Source of the DNA: Thalia democratica
Taxonomy: Eukaryota
Assembly (NCBI GenBank): GCA_965202585.1
Contig: OZ241834.1
Location: 29,822,001-29,886,000, forward strand
Length of the DNA stretch: 64,000 nucleotides
Direction of reading: 5' to 3'
Each line of letters begins with the position of its first letter. Positions within the stretch are counted from its first letter, which is position 1. This document shows, one piece after another, positions 1 through 13,800 of the stretch. The position numbers and the translations under genes are program-made. The notes beneath the pieces are model-generated. The model made no database searches, was not told the origin of the DNA, and worked only from the letters and a program-made list of their open reading frames with translations.

Positions 1-1588
1 TAAATAAAAGACGTGATATTTCAAACAACTGTGTACACAACCGACGGTTCTTCTTCAAATAACACCTTGGCGCCTTCTCACCTTTCATACTTTTCATTCA
101 CCTTCCACATACACACACACATTCACTTAACATATATTAATATAATTATATATCCTAAGTAACATATAGTTTTATTCATTTATTATTTATATCTATTTCA
201 CACAAGTCACTTTCTATTCTCTGAAATTTCATATATTCACTTTACCCTCCGACTATAATTCTTCACACCTTTATATGTTAAGTTCCAAGTTTAATTGGAA
301 GCCTGTATTCAAATCACAGATAAACCGTGCTTTTTTACCTACTACGCCCAAGAGAGCTAGTAGGTTTTTTACTGCAGGTTTATACTTAGCATATGACTAC
401 CTTGTTGTTTTACATTTTAACTTTCACATATAACACAATTTACTTATTAAATATATAAAATATCTGTAAGGGATATTTTAATTAAACAGCCGACTCCTAC
501 TTTACCAATTAATTATTTTATTAATTATAAAATACAATATATATTTAATTCAGGTCACTATGATTTTATGTATGTCGCTGTAAATTAATTATCGGTCAGT
601 ACATTGTAAGCCTAGTAATAATTATTTTTTTTGTGCTTTGTTTTTCCTTAAAGTTTAATTTTTTTCCTTAAAGTTTAATTTTTTCACTCTTTGATTTTTA
701 CATTTGAACTAAATCTGCTTCCTAATTCTATATAACTTTGATTCAATCATTACTAACATTCAATATATAATATACATGTTACACCGAGTTTCTGTGACTT
801 TTATTGCCTTCAGCGCCGTTAAGTTTTATTGAATTTTATTGATTTACTAACTGATGGTTAATGTTTTATTTTTGTTCAGAATGGATTACATAAAAACAAA
901 ATTAATGTTCTTGCAGTACAAATTGAATAGTTTAGGTGGCCTCATTTACATTGTGACGTAATTATTAGTTGTAAAAATGTATTTTTTTCGTTAGTTAACA
1001 ACCGTAAATTTTGATTTAGTTATCTTTCCTATTAACGTAAGTTGTTTGTCTATATTATATTTTGTTGTGTAATTTAGCTTACTTATTTATTTTAGACTTA
1101 ATAATTACAAATATCATATAATTTTATAACAGTCGGATTTAATGTTAAGTATTTCACCTATTAATAACTATTATCTGTAGAATATATCTTATTTTAATGA
1201 AAACATATATACACCTACTTTATTCTATGCTTCTATTCTCTCATTACAGTAATTATTTTTTTACAGAACCCAGTTGAAGTGTGTTGATTCGTTGACACAC
1301 AGAAACATATGTTGGTAGAATAAAGGAAGATTACTGTATAATTTGTTTTGATTATACAGTACGTAATTACAAGTGCTTTGATAGTGATAATTTTATCAAG
1401 TTTTTGTTTAGAACAATATTTATTGACTGATTACTGAAACTATTTTTTTTTAAACTGCGACCCGCGAACAACTTTATTGGAAAAGTTGTCAAGAACTTAT
1501 AAAAGACTACTGGTTTAATCTAACTTTAAAAAGTTGTAGTTTATTCGAACATTAGACAATAAGTTTATTAAACTTAATATTTATAATC

Positions 1589-2284
1589 TACCACAGATGT
1601 TCTTGTGCTAAAACTTTATTTCAACTAACGGCGTTTCACTGCTCTCAAATAAATTTAAGAACAGATCTACGGAGTCTATAGAATATTAACACACATTAGA
1701 AAAAAAGCAGAAAAAGCATGTGAAATTATGTATAGTATTTATGTATGTAGTAACTATAAATGAACTTTATGGTTTAAAAACAAAGTTTGGGATAAAAACA
1801 TAAAATTATAAAATTGTCTACAAAAAATTCAAATTTAATAAAAGTAGGCACTAACCTCAAAAAGCTCTAAGAATAGGCAAGTTTTTAAAATGAAAGTTAA
1901 ATTGAGTTGTGCAGAAATATTACGTCATAATAAATTTAACAAATTGGTCAATAATTTATACAGCTTAAAAACATGAAGTATTAAGCTAAAACTTGCCTAA
2001 TCTTAGAGCTTTTTGAGGTTAGTGCCTACTTTTATTAAATTTGAATTTTTTGTAGACAATTTTATAATTTTATGTTTTTATCCCAAAATTTGTTTTTAAA
2101 CCATAAAGTTCATTTATAGTTACTACCTACATAAGCACTATACATAATTTCACATGCTTTTTCTGCTTTTTTTCTAATGTGTGTTAATATTCTATAGACT
2201 CCGTAGATCTGTTCTTAAATTTATTTGAGAGCAGTGAAACGCCGTTAGTTGAAATAAAGTTTTAGCACAAGAACATCTGTGGTA
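1589..2284. mobile_element. Foldback/MITE-like element: ~297-bp inverted arms (1589-1885 and 1988-2284) around a ~100-bp spacer
   Basis: Left arm taccacagatgttcttgtgctaaaac...gaataggcaagtttt is the near-perfect reverse complement of the right arm aaaacttgcctaatc...gcacaagaacatctgtggta. The outermost TA on each side could be a TA target duplication (Tc1/mariner-type), but this cannot be distinguished from the arms. No ORF. Confidence 0.8.
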
Positions 2285-2894
2285 TTTATTCCGATAAGCT
2301 TAGCTTATCAGGATCTCCAGGATTTAACGCCTTTTAAAGTTACATCTTATAGTTATAATCTATTAAAAATTACGTCTTTAAGTAAACGTGGCTTATCGAT
2401 TATTACGTCACTATAAAAATTTATGTTCAGAACATTTTGTTTGCAACTTTTGTTTGGTTTCATTTAACTATGCAAAGTTTTTTACGAAATTTGCTTACTC
2501 CTTATCATTTTTTATTTAATTCATTTTAGCTTTAAATGTTCACATATTTCACTTTTATCTTTTCATTTCTTGATTCTTATAAGCAGTTTAAAAACTGACT
2601 CCTTGTTGTATAAAATTACAAATGTTTAACAAAAAGTCTGTTTTACAATGTTTCTTAATAATAGACTTAAACAAAACCAGTCCGTGGAAATGCAATATAA
2701 ACAGTTTTAAATATACTTAGTTTATTAAAACTAAGGACGTTTCTCTACTTGATAAATAGCACAGTTCTACAGATTTTAAATAAAAGAAATCAAAGTATAA
2801 ACTTCCATCATTTTTAATGGGTGACATATAAACTATTATCTTCTTTGTCAAAACCACATTTCGAAAGTAAACTTAATTAAGTTCTTCTCGAATA

Positions 2895-3485
2895 CAAAGG
2901 TTTGGTGTTGTAAAAGGTGTTTTTAAAATTGAAAAGAATTGAAATAATATAGACAAAACTTTAAAAAAACGACACATATCTCAAATACAGAATATATTCT
3001 TATCATAAACTGTACACAACCCTCATTACAGTTCTACTCTTTGTTGATGTAATAAACCAAACGTTATTTGCCTTTTACTGTGGCGTTTCGGAGGTTTCAG
3101 TTTTGTATACTTCGTTCATTTTTTAGTAGTTGAAAGAATGTTAAATGCGACTCTTTATTTTCTCGTTGTGCAAAACAACTTTGTTTTTTATCGGTTCTTC
3201 CTCAGTTGATTTTTGATTCTGTCCTTGATAATTTTTTGTTGGAGCAATTTTCTGGAAGCTTCAATTTCTTTAGATGATTTTATTAATTTTTAATTTTTTT
3301 GCAGCTAATACGATATTTTTGATCTTTGATTTTTGTATTAAAAATCAAGGTTAAATGAAAAATTAAGGTTAAATTAAAAATCAAGGTCAACAAAGGTTTG
3401 GTGTTGTAAAAAGTGTTTTTAAAATTGAAGAGAATTGAAATAATATAGACAAACCTAAAAAAAAAAACGACACATACCTCAAATA
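2895..3485. repeat. ~93-bp dispersed direct repeat (2895-2987 and 3391-3485)
   Basis: caaaggtttggtgttgtaaaa(g/a)gtgtttttaaaattgaa(a/g)agaattgaaataatatagacaaa...aaaaaaacgacacata(t/c)ctcaaata occurs twice. Confidence 0.85.
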
Positions 3486-6400
3486 TTTTCAGTTTGTTTG
3501 ATTTGATTATTTTCAGTTTGGGTCGTACCTTTCGTTCGTTGTTTTTAGTAATCCGACATTAGGCTCACCTGCTGTTTTTTAAGCAAGTTTTTTTTAATTT
3601 TTTTCAGCCAGAATTTTACCGGAATTAATTCAATAGATGTTTGCAGGCTTTTAAAAAACTTGTTTCAGTTAGCAAACTTGAAAGTTTTGAGCTTTTATCT
3701 CAAAACCAAACAGAGTTTTAAGAGATATGTTGGTGTCAATGTCATTAAGATGATCTTAATTAAGAGAGCTTTTAATTGCTCTCTTAGTTCAGTATTTTGA
3801 AGTTTTTATGACCGTATGTGGACTGCTTAAAACCTGCAGTGTTAGAAGTGATTTTTTTGAGTCTGACAAAGCAATTTTATTTGTTCTGTAACGGAAGACT
3901 CGAGTAGGTTTCAGTTAATATTTATTGTAATGCCTAAGAAGCTTCATTTTCTGACATAGATTCCATTGTATACTTACTTCTTTTACAGTTCGAAGTTAAC
4001 TAAATACTTTTATTTCTCGGCTTAACCAAGCTGAATTTTCACACATTTCGAAAAGTCACCACAACTTTGATTCTTGACAAGATCTATAAAAAAGTTCTTT
4101 TATCAGTCCAGGACACAGTCAATTTTTTAATTGTAATTTTTCTTCTGTATCTTTAATTATAAAAAATCAAATGATAGTTTTGAAAAGTCTACAAATTTAT
4201 TGCATATAACATAAGTTCAAAACGTTTTCAGATAAAATCCGTCTTCAGTAAACTTTTGATAAACTAATTTCAAGAAACTTTGGTTCTTGAAATTAAGTTC
4301 TTTTAGTTTTTAATGAAACTTTGATAATTGTTTAATTTTCGTAATATCATTCATTAAGGTACAGTTAAAGTTTAAACTAACAGACACGTAGATTAAAAAA
4401 CTGTTGTTTATTGAGCTTTTTTAGTTTCTCAAAAATGACTACTTGATGAGCTAATGTTGTGTTCAATTATAATGTGAGTAACGATTATAAATTAGCTTTA
4501 TGCTAGGTTTATTATTTGACTTTAATAAAAGGTATGTAAAAATTTATAAACTTTGTATTTTGTTCTATTAGTTTACTTTTATTGATAATTGTTTTCAAAT
4601 ATCGGTCTAGCGCTCCATTTCAAGTAAGCACTGTTCAAACTTTAATATCCTCAGTTGTATTTTACATCAATATTTTAACTTCATATTGTAAAAACAAACG
4701 TCATTGGAGCTTAAAGTTTTTTTCAGCTCAATTCTAGTGATGCGCATTTCTAGCGGTGAAATATTCTTCTGAGTGGCTTCACAGTCTGAAGAAGAACGTG
4801 TTTAGATCTGTTTTTTTCATACTTGTTTATTAAAAAAAAAAATTAAACGTAACACGTATCTGAATAACAAGAAATTTTCTTAAAAGAAATTGAAACATAA
4901 CAATTTTGCTCTTTGTTCATGCAGTAAACTAAATGTGTATTGCCTTTTTGATATGGCGCTTTGTACGATTCAGTTTTATATACTTCTTTCTTTTTCAATG
5001 GTTGACAGCATGTCAAACACAGCTCTTACTTTTTGTGTTTAAGCAGAATTCTTTTTTATTGGCTCTTTTTTGGTTTTTGTTTTTACTGTTAATGAAAATT
5101 TCATTGATGTAAAGACTTTAAAGCATCAGCTTTTTAGACAAACTTATTTTTTTTAAAGCTGATTTAACAACTTTCTTCCATATTTTTTCGTATAAATATC
5201 ATTCTTTTTACATGCAGTTTAGATAGTAGCTTCCGCTATTTTTTTTCTTTTCGGAAACTTTTAATGCTATTGCTTGATTAAGGCTCATTTAATTTTCTAT
5301 TAAGAATTTGTACTCTAAAGTGGTTATGACCGTATGTGGACTTTTCCATCCCTAGAAGTAGAGTCAACCGTAAGGTAGTTTTGTTTTAGCGCTTTGGAAG
5401 CTACAGCTTCTCTAAAACAGGTTTTTAGGAAACTTAATTCTTACCTTATAGACCTCGTCGGTTGATAGTTTCAATTTTTTGGCTGATCGAAATTATTTTT
5501 TATACTTTTGAAAATCATTACAACTATGACCTATATAGTTTACTGGTCGTTGGCGTTTTGAGCAGTTTTGTTCTTTCTTTTTAATACACTTACCCCACTT
5601 GTTTACTAAGTACAAGGTGATACTTTTTAAACATAGCCAAGGAAACACACTACTAAAACATTTAAAAAGGTTCTTAACAAAAATTTGAGCAAAAATGTCT
5701 TTTTAGCTCAGCTCATTGTCTTTCGAGTTTATGAAAAGCAACTCTTTTTTCTACTTTAATAACTTATCTCCAAACAATTCTTTTTTTTCTGTTGCTGGTG
5801 TTTATTTGTTGTTAAAAGTCTTAAAGCTTTATTTTAAGTTTATTTAAAAATGAAAATTCTGAAACTTTATTTTCTTCATCAAAGGTTTCAAGATGGTTTC
5901 TTAAAATCTTTTGTGTACAACTCACTCTTTTTTCTTTAATTACTTCCAGTTTGGGCTCTACTTACCACCTTTTCTTTTTGGACGTTTGATTTTTTAGATT
6001 GGTTGATCGACTCTTAGAGTTTAAATTGGTTTATTTAAAACTTTAGCCAGTTTACAAATTGCAGCTATTCGACTTTTGTACTTGTCTTATAAGTTTTACG
6101 CAAGCACGTTTAAACTTTTATAATGATTGACGCTCATAATTAAGACCAAAGGACTTGATTTCTATATTAAATAACAAATCAGTTCTTTAAACATTAGCTA
6201 ATGAAAATTACAATCTATTTTAATTTTTTGTTGTGACGTTTCAGCTTCTTTGGACTTTGTTTTTTTGTGCGACTTGAACTTCTTGCAAGAAAATTTCCAC
6301 CTAATTAAATTGTTGATCGGGTATTTTTAATTTTCGAATTTAGTTCTTCACAGCCGCGGCTCTCAGCACTTCAAAGATTTTGCACTTAGACCGCTAAAAA

Positions 6401-7812
6401 CGAACTCAGTGACGAAGATATTAATCTACTCTTATATACTAAAAAGAAGAAAATTATGGTGTAATTGTTATTTTTGGTATATGGAATTTGTTGATGACTA
6501 TTAAAAACAGATTTTAAAACAATTCTGACACAAAATTCACATTATATTGGAATAAGTCAACAAAAAACTTTTCCTTAACCTCCTAACGGTTTTCTTCTTT
6601 TGTAAACTTTCTCAATGAGCTAGTTTTGAAGTCTGACAAATAGTTTTATTTGCAAAGTGGTTCATTTATTTCAAAGTTTGGATACACATGATAAGTTTTA
6701 TTGATCTGAAATATCTTCAGTATTTTGGTTTGATCTTACTAAAAGTTAAACTTTTTTAGACTTATCTATAAAAAATATTATATAGATTCTAAGCAGGTTA
6801 TAGCTGATTAAAATTTATACTACTAGTAATTGTTGATTTATTTTTGCTTATCAATGATTAAACATGATACGTTAAGTGTAAAACTAAAAAATAAAACACT
6901 GATTTCTTACTTAGTCAATTATTGAAAAATAACTGAATGATTTTAATTGAAAAAGTATATACTGTCAAAATGAGTATATAACTTAAATACAACACTTTAT
7001 CTAATATCAAAAACAAAAAGGACTTTTTTCTAAACAATACTAATTTTTCTTATTAGTTAAAATTACGTTAAATATGTTTTATACATTTCAGTATTTAGTT
7101 CTTTTAACATTCAGTTTTTATTGCAGTAAATATTTTATACTTTATTTATAACACTTTATGTTTCGCAGTGTCTTTAATTTTTTTATTAGTTATTTTTTAC
7201 AAGATTCTTCCTAACTTGTTACTTCATTACATTTTCATACAAATATGCATACAAACGCAGTTTTAAGCGTTTGTTAAAATATGTCATAAATTTAACTTAA
7301 CAGTTATAGTAAATAACGGCATTAAAAGTTTAAAATTTTAGCAAAATTATAAACAGTTTTCGTTTTTTGTTGTTTTTATTTAAGTTTTATTATTACACTA
7401 TTAAAGGCGACCAAAAGTTAAAATATAAAACAAAACTAAAAATTTGAAAACAACAAAAAAAACTATTTGCAATAACCTAAGTTTTTATGTAGTTTTTAAA
7501 ACTACTAATGTAAACGCTCTGTAAAACCAAAACTTTTTTTTTCGCCATAACTATAATACCAAAGTGGTAACAAAACTTACAGTCAGTTACTTTTTCATAT
7601 TAAGTAATTGTTTGCTTAAAATTTTTTTAAATTCTTTTACATAAAAGTAAATAGTTTCCAGTAAAATAGTTCAATACAAAAAAATTCACAAAATTACATT
7701 TAAAACTTCGACTTCAAGCTTAATATTTAACAAATTTTATCAGTAAGAACAGTAGAAAAATATTAGAAAATTTTTAATAAAACTTTTAGTTTTATTGTAA
7801 AAGTAATTATCA

Positions 7813-10800
7813 CTAGAACTGGGCCACACTGTCGTAACTAGGGACCTCGTTGTTGTAACTAGGGACCTCGTTGTCAACATACCCTGGGTTGTTGTGGAAC
7901 TCTGACATCCGGGTCTTGTCCACAAAAGCCCCCAACTGGGAGTCGTACGCGACCTTCTTGTCCGACGGTCCCCATTTCAAACTCGGTGTGAAAAGCTGTG
8001 AAGTTTATTTGAGTTCAAGAAGAATTAAAAACTGTACAGTCAGACAGTCTTTAAGAAAGTTTTTAAGTTTACTTGGTTGTTTGTCGGGTTATGTACAACT
8101 GTAACTTTATAAGTCTGTACGCATACACAGTCTAAGTATTATGTTATAAGTAAATTCGTATGAAATTAGACGATTACGTTTAAGGTTTCAGTGTAATTTG
8201 TGTAAAACTTAAGAATTTGTGCTTTCATGTCTTGTTTTTATCAGTTGTAAAAATAAGGTATTCACTTTCTTGTATTTACAAGAACCTATGTATAACCTTC
8301 TTACTGTTAAGCGCGTTTTACGCTTTAAATCTTTCAAACTAACTTGTTTACAAACTTTATTTACTATTATTTTTTTAACTTTTTTTTAGAAATAATAATA
8401 CCCGCTCTGTAACAAATACACAAAAATAATTGTGCCAAATAACTTACGGGGCCGAGAGGTTGTTTTTTGTAGTACTTTGTGTAAATGATGATTCCGATCG
8501 CGTACAACGGAACAGCGACCCCTGGTGTTACGCTCATCAGAAGGGCCAGGGTGTTTCCCCACGACTGATACTTCTCGCCGAAGTCGCTCGCGCTGTAACC
8601 AACTCCACCGGCTATCACAAGTAGCTGGTAATGTTTTTACTTAATAAAACAAATTAAAACGTATTGATGGTATTGTATTATTTTAGTCTTTAACAACTTT
8701 AACTTGTAAACATTTGCATAAAAAGGTAAAAGCTAATAAGAAAATGATAATACTATTTTGTCAGGCAGACGCAAAACAAAAACTAAGTTATTTTATAGTT
8801 GTAAAGTTTTTCATTTATATAAAATGTATTGCACATAAATTGAAACAATCTTCAAAAAACAGTTTAATTCTTGTTGACCTTTAGGCGTTTTTAACAGAAA
8901 AATTCTTACTAAAACAATATCTATTTATAGAGCTATGCAGCTTATTAGCTTTATAGCTTTATAGCTACGTAGGTTTTAAACCAAAAACAAAGAAACTTCT
9001 TCTTTAAACGCACATGGAGATTGAAAAAAAAATACAATTTTTTTAACTTTAAACAAAAAATTAGTTAATAAAAAGCTACAGTAATTTTTCAAACTTTGGA
9101 AGTGAATGATAAAAAATGGCAAATTCAATTCATATTATATAAAACTTTAAAATTAACTAACCAATAAAGCGATTGGAGTGAGTACCATCCATGTTGCTTT
9201 GAAATAAATATTAGGTTCAAAACCCAGCATAAGTTTGATGTCTTTGTTGAACCGCCATCTTTGCGTGAAGAAAAATCCTTTTTTAATTTTTGCATAAGTT
9301 AAAAACAAGTTGAACTTAATGTACTAAAACATTCTGTCAAAAAGTTATTGTAAATATTCTTGTATATTTCGTTGCGTTAAGACTAGAAATATTTTTACAG
9401 CTTCTACATGAAAACATTTAAATCTTTTTATATAAAAGCATTTTAACAATTTTAAAAGAGTTTTTTATAGTTTTTACTGTTTTGATTACGTTCTTTCAGT
9501 TTTGATATTGTGTAATTAATCATATAAATTGCTTTAAATAGTATTTAGCGCATACAAACTATAAATTATGATAAAGTGTTTATTTTATTAAAACGACGGA
9601 CTTTATAAACAAAGGTTAAGCCAAGTCACGTAAATGCCAGGCTAATCCGTTTAAGTAATAAATCAAATGCTAAATACAAAATTTTTTGAAAAAACAAACA
9701 ACAAAACAAAACTTTATTGAAAAAACAACAATAATGCGTTAAAAAGTTTTTGTTTGTTTGAAAAGTTGTTTGTGTTAGGTTAGTCGGTTTAAAACTAATT
9801 TCAAATAATCCGTTATAGCTTAACAAAACTCAAACACTATTTGTTGCCACTTTGCAAATTATATGTATTATTAATGTGTAGAAAACTTGGTATTTGCTTG
9901 TTTAAGGTTAGTCCTTGATAAATATCAAAATCACGCAGTTGCTACATAGTTTAAAAGGTGAAAGTGTATAATCAAAGATTAATTGTCTAATATCACATTT
10001 AAAACAGTAATTATATATTTAATATATACAGAACTTTATACTTACCATACCCCCAGTTAATACCAACCACCATGAAAAATGCCAGCAAGAGCAACCCAAA
10101 CCAAGCTGAGTAGTCGTTGTAAAAGTTGAACCAATACATACCTCCCTTTTTAATAAAAAAATTAACTTTTATTGCATACTTTTAAATTGATTATCAAAAT
10201 ACAAGGTCTAACGGTACAATTTTTTGTGGTGTGTAACAAAAATATTTTCTGATATTTAAGTTAATTTGAGTAATATTTTTGCGTTTTAATAAACAAAAAC
10301 ATCAAGTTTAAAATCATTATAACTTAGAAATTGACCTAACACAAGTATGAATGAATTAAGCAGTTTTACATAAAAGTTTTAATTACAAAGTTAGGAACTA
10401 AAAAAACGATAAACCAACTGACCTGTGTTACGAGCAACAGACCGAGCAGGAACGAAACAATGGAAATGCCCAGAGTGAGCCAGATCTTCCTACCCCTGAA
10501 AAATGAGGGGAACTCGTCCAAGAACCCGGTCACTACAGTTTCCAGCATGGCGAACTGTTTGTTTATAACTTAAATAAGTCTATTTAATTTAAACTTATAT
10601 GTTCATAGTTTCATTTAACAAATAATATATAATGTTTATAAAAGTTTCCAGTAATTAAGTTACATTTTAATGGAGTAAATATGATAGGTTTTTTTCTAAT
10701 GTTTCACTTTAAATACAACTTTGATTCTATAACATTTGTAATCTTATGCAGCTAAAATGTATAAAATCTTCTGTCACTCACCTGACTGTCGAGACCGAGT

Positions 10801-13800
10801 GTGAGCAGCATGAAAAAGAATAGTATGGACCACAACTGAGGTACTGGAAGTAAGGACACCGCCTCAGGGTAGGCGACAAAAGCCAGTCCTGGTCCTGAAT
10901 TAGTAGAAGTTGTTTTACAATATTGTGTACAACTATTTTAAACAAATGGTTTCAAAAAACTAAGTTTTTCCTATAAAAAACTTGATATACAATATGTTGT
11001 TTATTTTTAACGTTTTGTTTAGTAAAGGCGCTTTTAGGCGGTTAGTATAAAAATCTATATTTTAGAATTAAATTTTAACAGTAGAATTTCATCACGCGCG
11101 CCTTATTAGATGAGTCAGATGCCAAGTGCATGTAAAGAAGTGAGAAAATAATTGATGAAAATAAAATTGTAATTTAGATTTTTTATAAAGTTTCTTAAAC
11201 ATTATAAAAAAGTGCAGAACCTTCAATTTAAATTTATTGAAGTCAACAAAAAAGCTCACTTGGCGGTATTTTAAACTTTAACACCTATAAATAAGCTGAC
11301 TGAAAAGAATTATCGAGCTATAAACATTAACATAAGTATAAATAAGTATTTAGCATATATAAAACTTAATCATCTAACACTATACTTAAAGTAATTTACG
11401 AGTACATTTAAAAAATTTCTGAATATCTTTGTATATTTACCTAAGTTATTAAAGTTGTTTAAAAACTTTCTTTTTGTTAAACACAAAGAAAATAACTCAA
11501 CTGAGAAAGCGAGCTAAACAACAAAGCATTTTTTAGGTCTATGAAAAACAAAAACAGTTCTAGCTAAAAAATTTAAAACACTTTAAATTGCAAACGAACC
11601 GGAAGCAATGACTTCTTCTACTTTGACACCGAGTCTCTTGGCCATGTGACCGATGACTGAAAATATTACGAAACCGGCGAACACGCTCGTAAGACAATTT
11701 CCCAACGACACTATCATCGTGTCTCTGTGGGAAATATAGTGTTTGAAAAATAACATTCAGTTTATATTCATCAAATAGTATTTTGATGGTGTTAAAGATA
11801 TTTAAACTGATGGTATTTTGTTATCAAATACACATTTCACCTGAAAATATTGTTGTTGAATTTGTTGTAAGATGCGAATGTTAGAAGACCGCCGAAAGAG
11901 ACACCTAGCGAAAAGAAAATCTGAGTCGCGGCGGCTATCCACACCTATGTTTATTTATTAAATTAAAACAAGTTATAATATCAAAAACATATCTTTCTGA
12001 CAACGTAGGTTTTTCTAGATAAGTTTGCTTCGAATAAACTTAAGCTTTTTACATATTAGAACTAACACGGCTGATTTAATTTTTTTAATAGAAAATTTTT
12101 CAATTCCCTAATTAAAACTTTTACGAACAAACTTTACACGCTTGAATATTTTATCAACGAATCAAACTAACGTCGGTGTTTTTCAGTTTCGCCCAAACGG
12201 GTTTCACGTAGAACACGATCCCGTCAGCGGCGCCCTCCAGTGTGCAACCCCTGATCAGTAGGATGATGAGAACTACGTAAGGGAACGTCGCCGTGAAGTA
12301 GACTACCTGGAATGTGAGTAAATATATTTTGTCGTTTGATTTACACATGTATCAAAAAAAAATTTGAAAATAGAATTGCTAAAAGTTATTAACATGCTTT
12401 TGTAATGAAGTTTTAAAAGACAGATCGCATTTTGGCTTTAGTTTTAAGAATAATTTTTTAAATTTAACCATTCAGTCAGATACGCAGTGCGAGAAAATAA
12501 AAGTTTATAGTAAAAACGTCACATAAAAATGTAACATTTAACACGTAATGACACAAGTTATTTAGATAAGTTTATACGATTAAGAACAAAATTATTGTAA
12601 CAAACAGTATTACTTCTACTGTGTTCGACCTGAATAAATGCACGTTTTTTATTTCACAAGAACTTTATATAAATTGTATTATAAACTGAGTTTATACGAT
12701 TAAAGTGTTTTGTTTATTTTTTCCAACCTTTCCGGTCCCTTTGACGCCTTTGGCCAAGCACAGGAAAACGATGATCCACGCTAGGAGGAGGCAGAGAGTC
12801 ATGTCCCAGAGGACCTCGCCAGGGTCGCCAAGACCCTCGCTCTGGTCCACACGAAGAACTCGGTAACTGTGCGAAAAATATAAATTTGTGAAAAAAATAT
12901 ATATAATGTCAACTGTACTAGTATTATTAATCTTTCCACCACTCTGTAACTGTGTGAAAAATATTTGAAAGTTTCAGAGTGATTTTGATCTTTCGGAAAA
13001 AATTAATGAATTGAAAGTGAAAATGTATGTTTAAACAGCTAGCTGTAGGTGAAAAATTAATTAACGACTTACTTCCAGTATTCCTCCGAAGTGCTAATTT
13101 TTGTGTCGGGAAAAAGTGCAGTACCGTTTTCATCCTGGAAAAATGATAAAGTTTGAGCATTAAGGAGGCACATTCCAGTAACCGTGGTATTTACGATTAC
13201 AAATAATGAAGTAAAGAGTGAAGTTAGTTACAAGTTAAAAGAAAATTTCAGAGTTAATTAATTTATTATGAGCAGAAAAATCGGTAGGTAGAAGAAGCCA
13301 TAAAGGCTCACATCTGCTCACAACGTGAGCTTTGATTTTGTCATAGAAGATAACTAATTGTAACATTTTTATTTTTAACATAAGTTTTAAAATTTGTATC
13401 AAGATTTCAATCAACGCACTCAGTGATAAACTAAAAAAATAAAGTTTACAAACACATTTCCATCAATAACTATACTGACTAAAAAAGCGGAAAGTTAATC
13501 AAATATTATAGAAAAAATAAACTAAAAAATAATTTTCTTATTAAGCCGACTCGCGAAATTAGAGATTTTTTATACAAATTTAAGATTAAGTTGCTTAATA
13601 GGTAATAAAAAATTTTCAGAGGTTTATTTTTACCTCATAAAACAAGCATTTTTGTTTTAATAAAAACTAAATTGTAGTAACACATGATATCTTGAACTTG
13701 TAATTTAAAAAAGTTTCTAAAGCATTTAATAAGTTAATAAAATAAGCTTTGGTGTTGTTTTGATAAACTTAATTAATGTCATGAAACTATGTTCTTAATT

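Noticed and set aside
1-60. Minus-strand TTGAAGAAGAACCGTCGGTT...GAAAT hammerhead-like motif
   Set aside because: Interrupted by a 16-nt insert, non-canonical core, and at the window edge.
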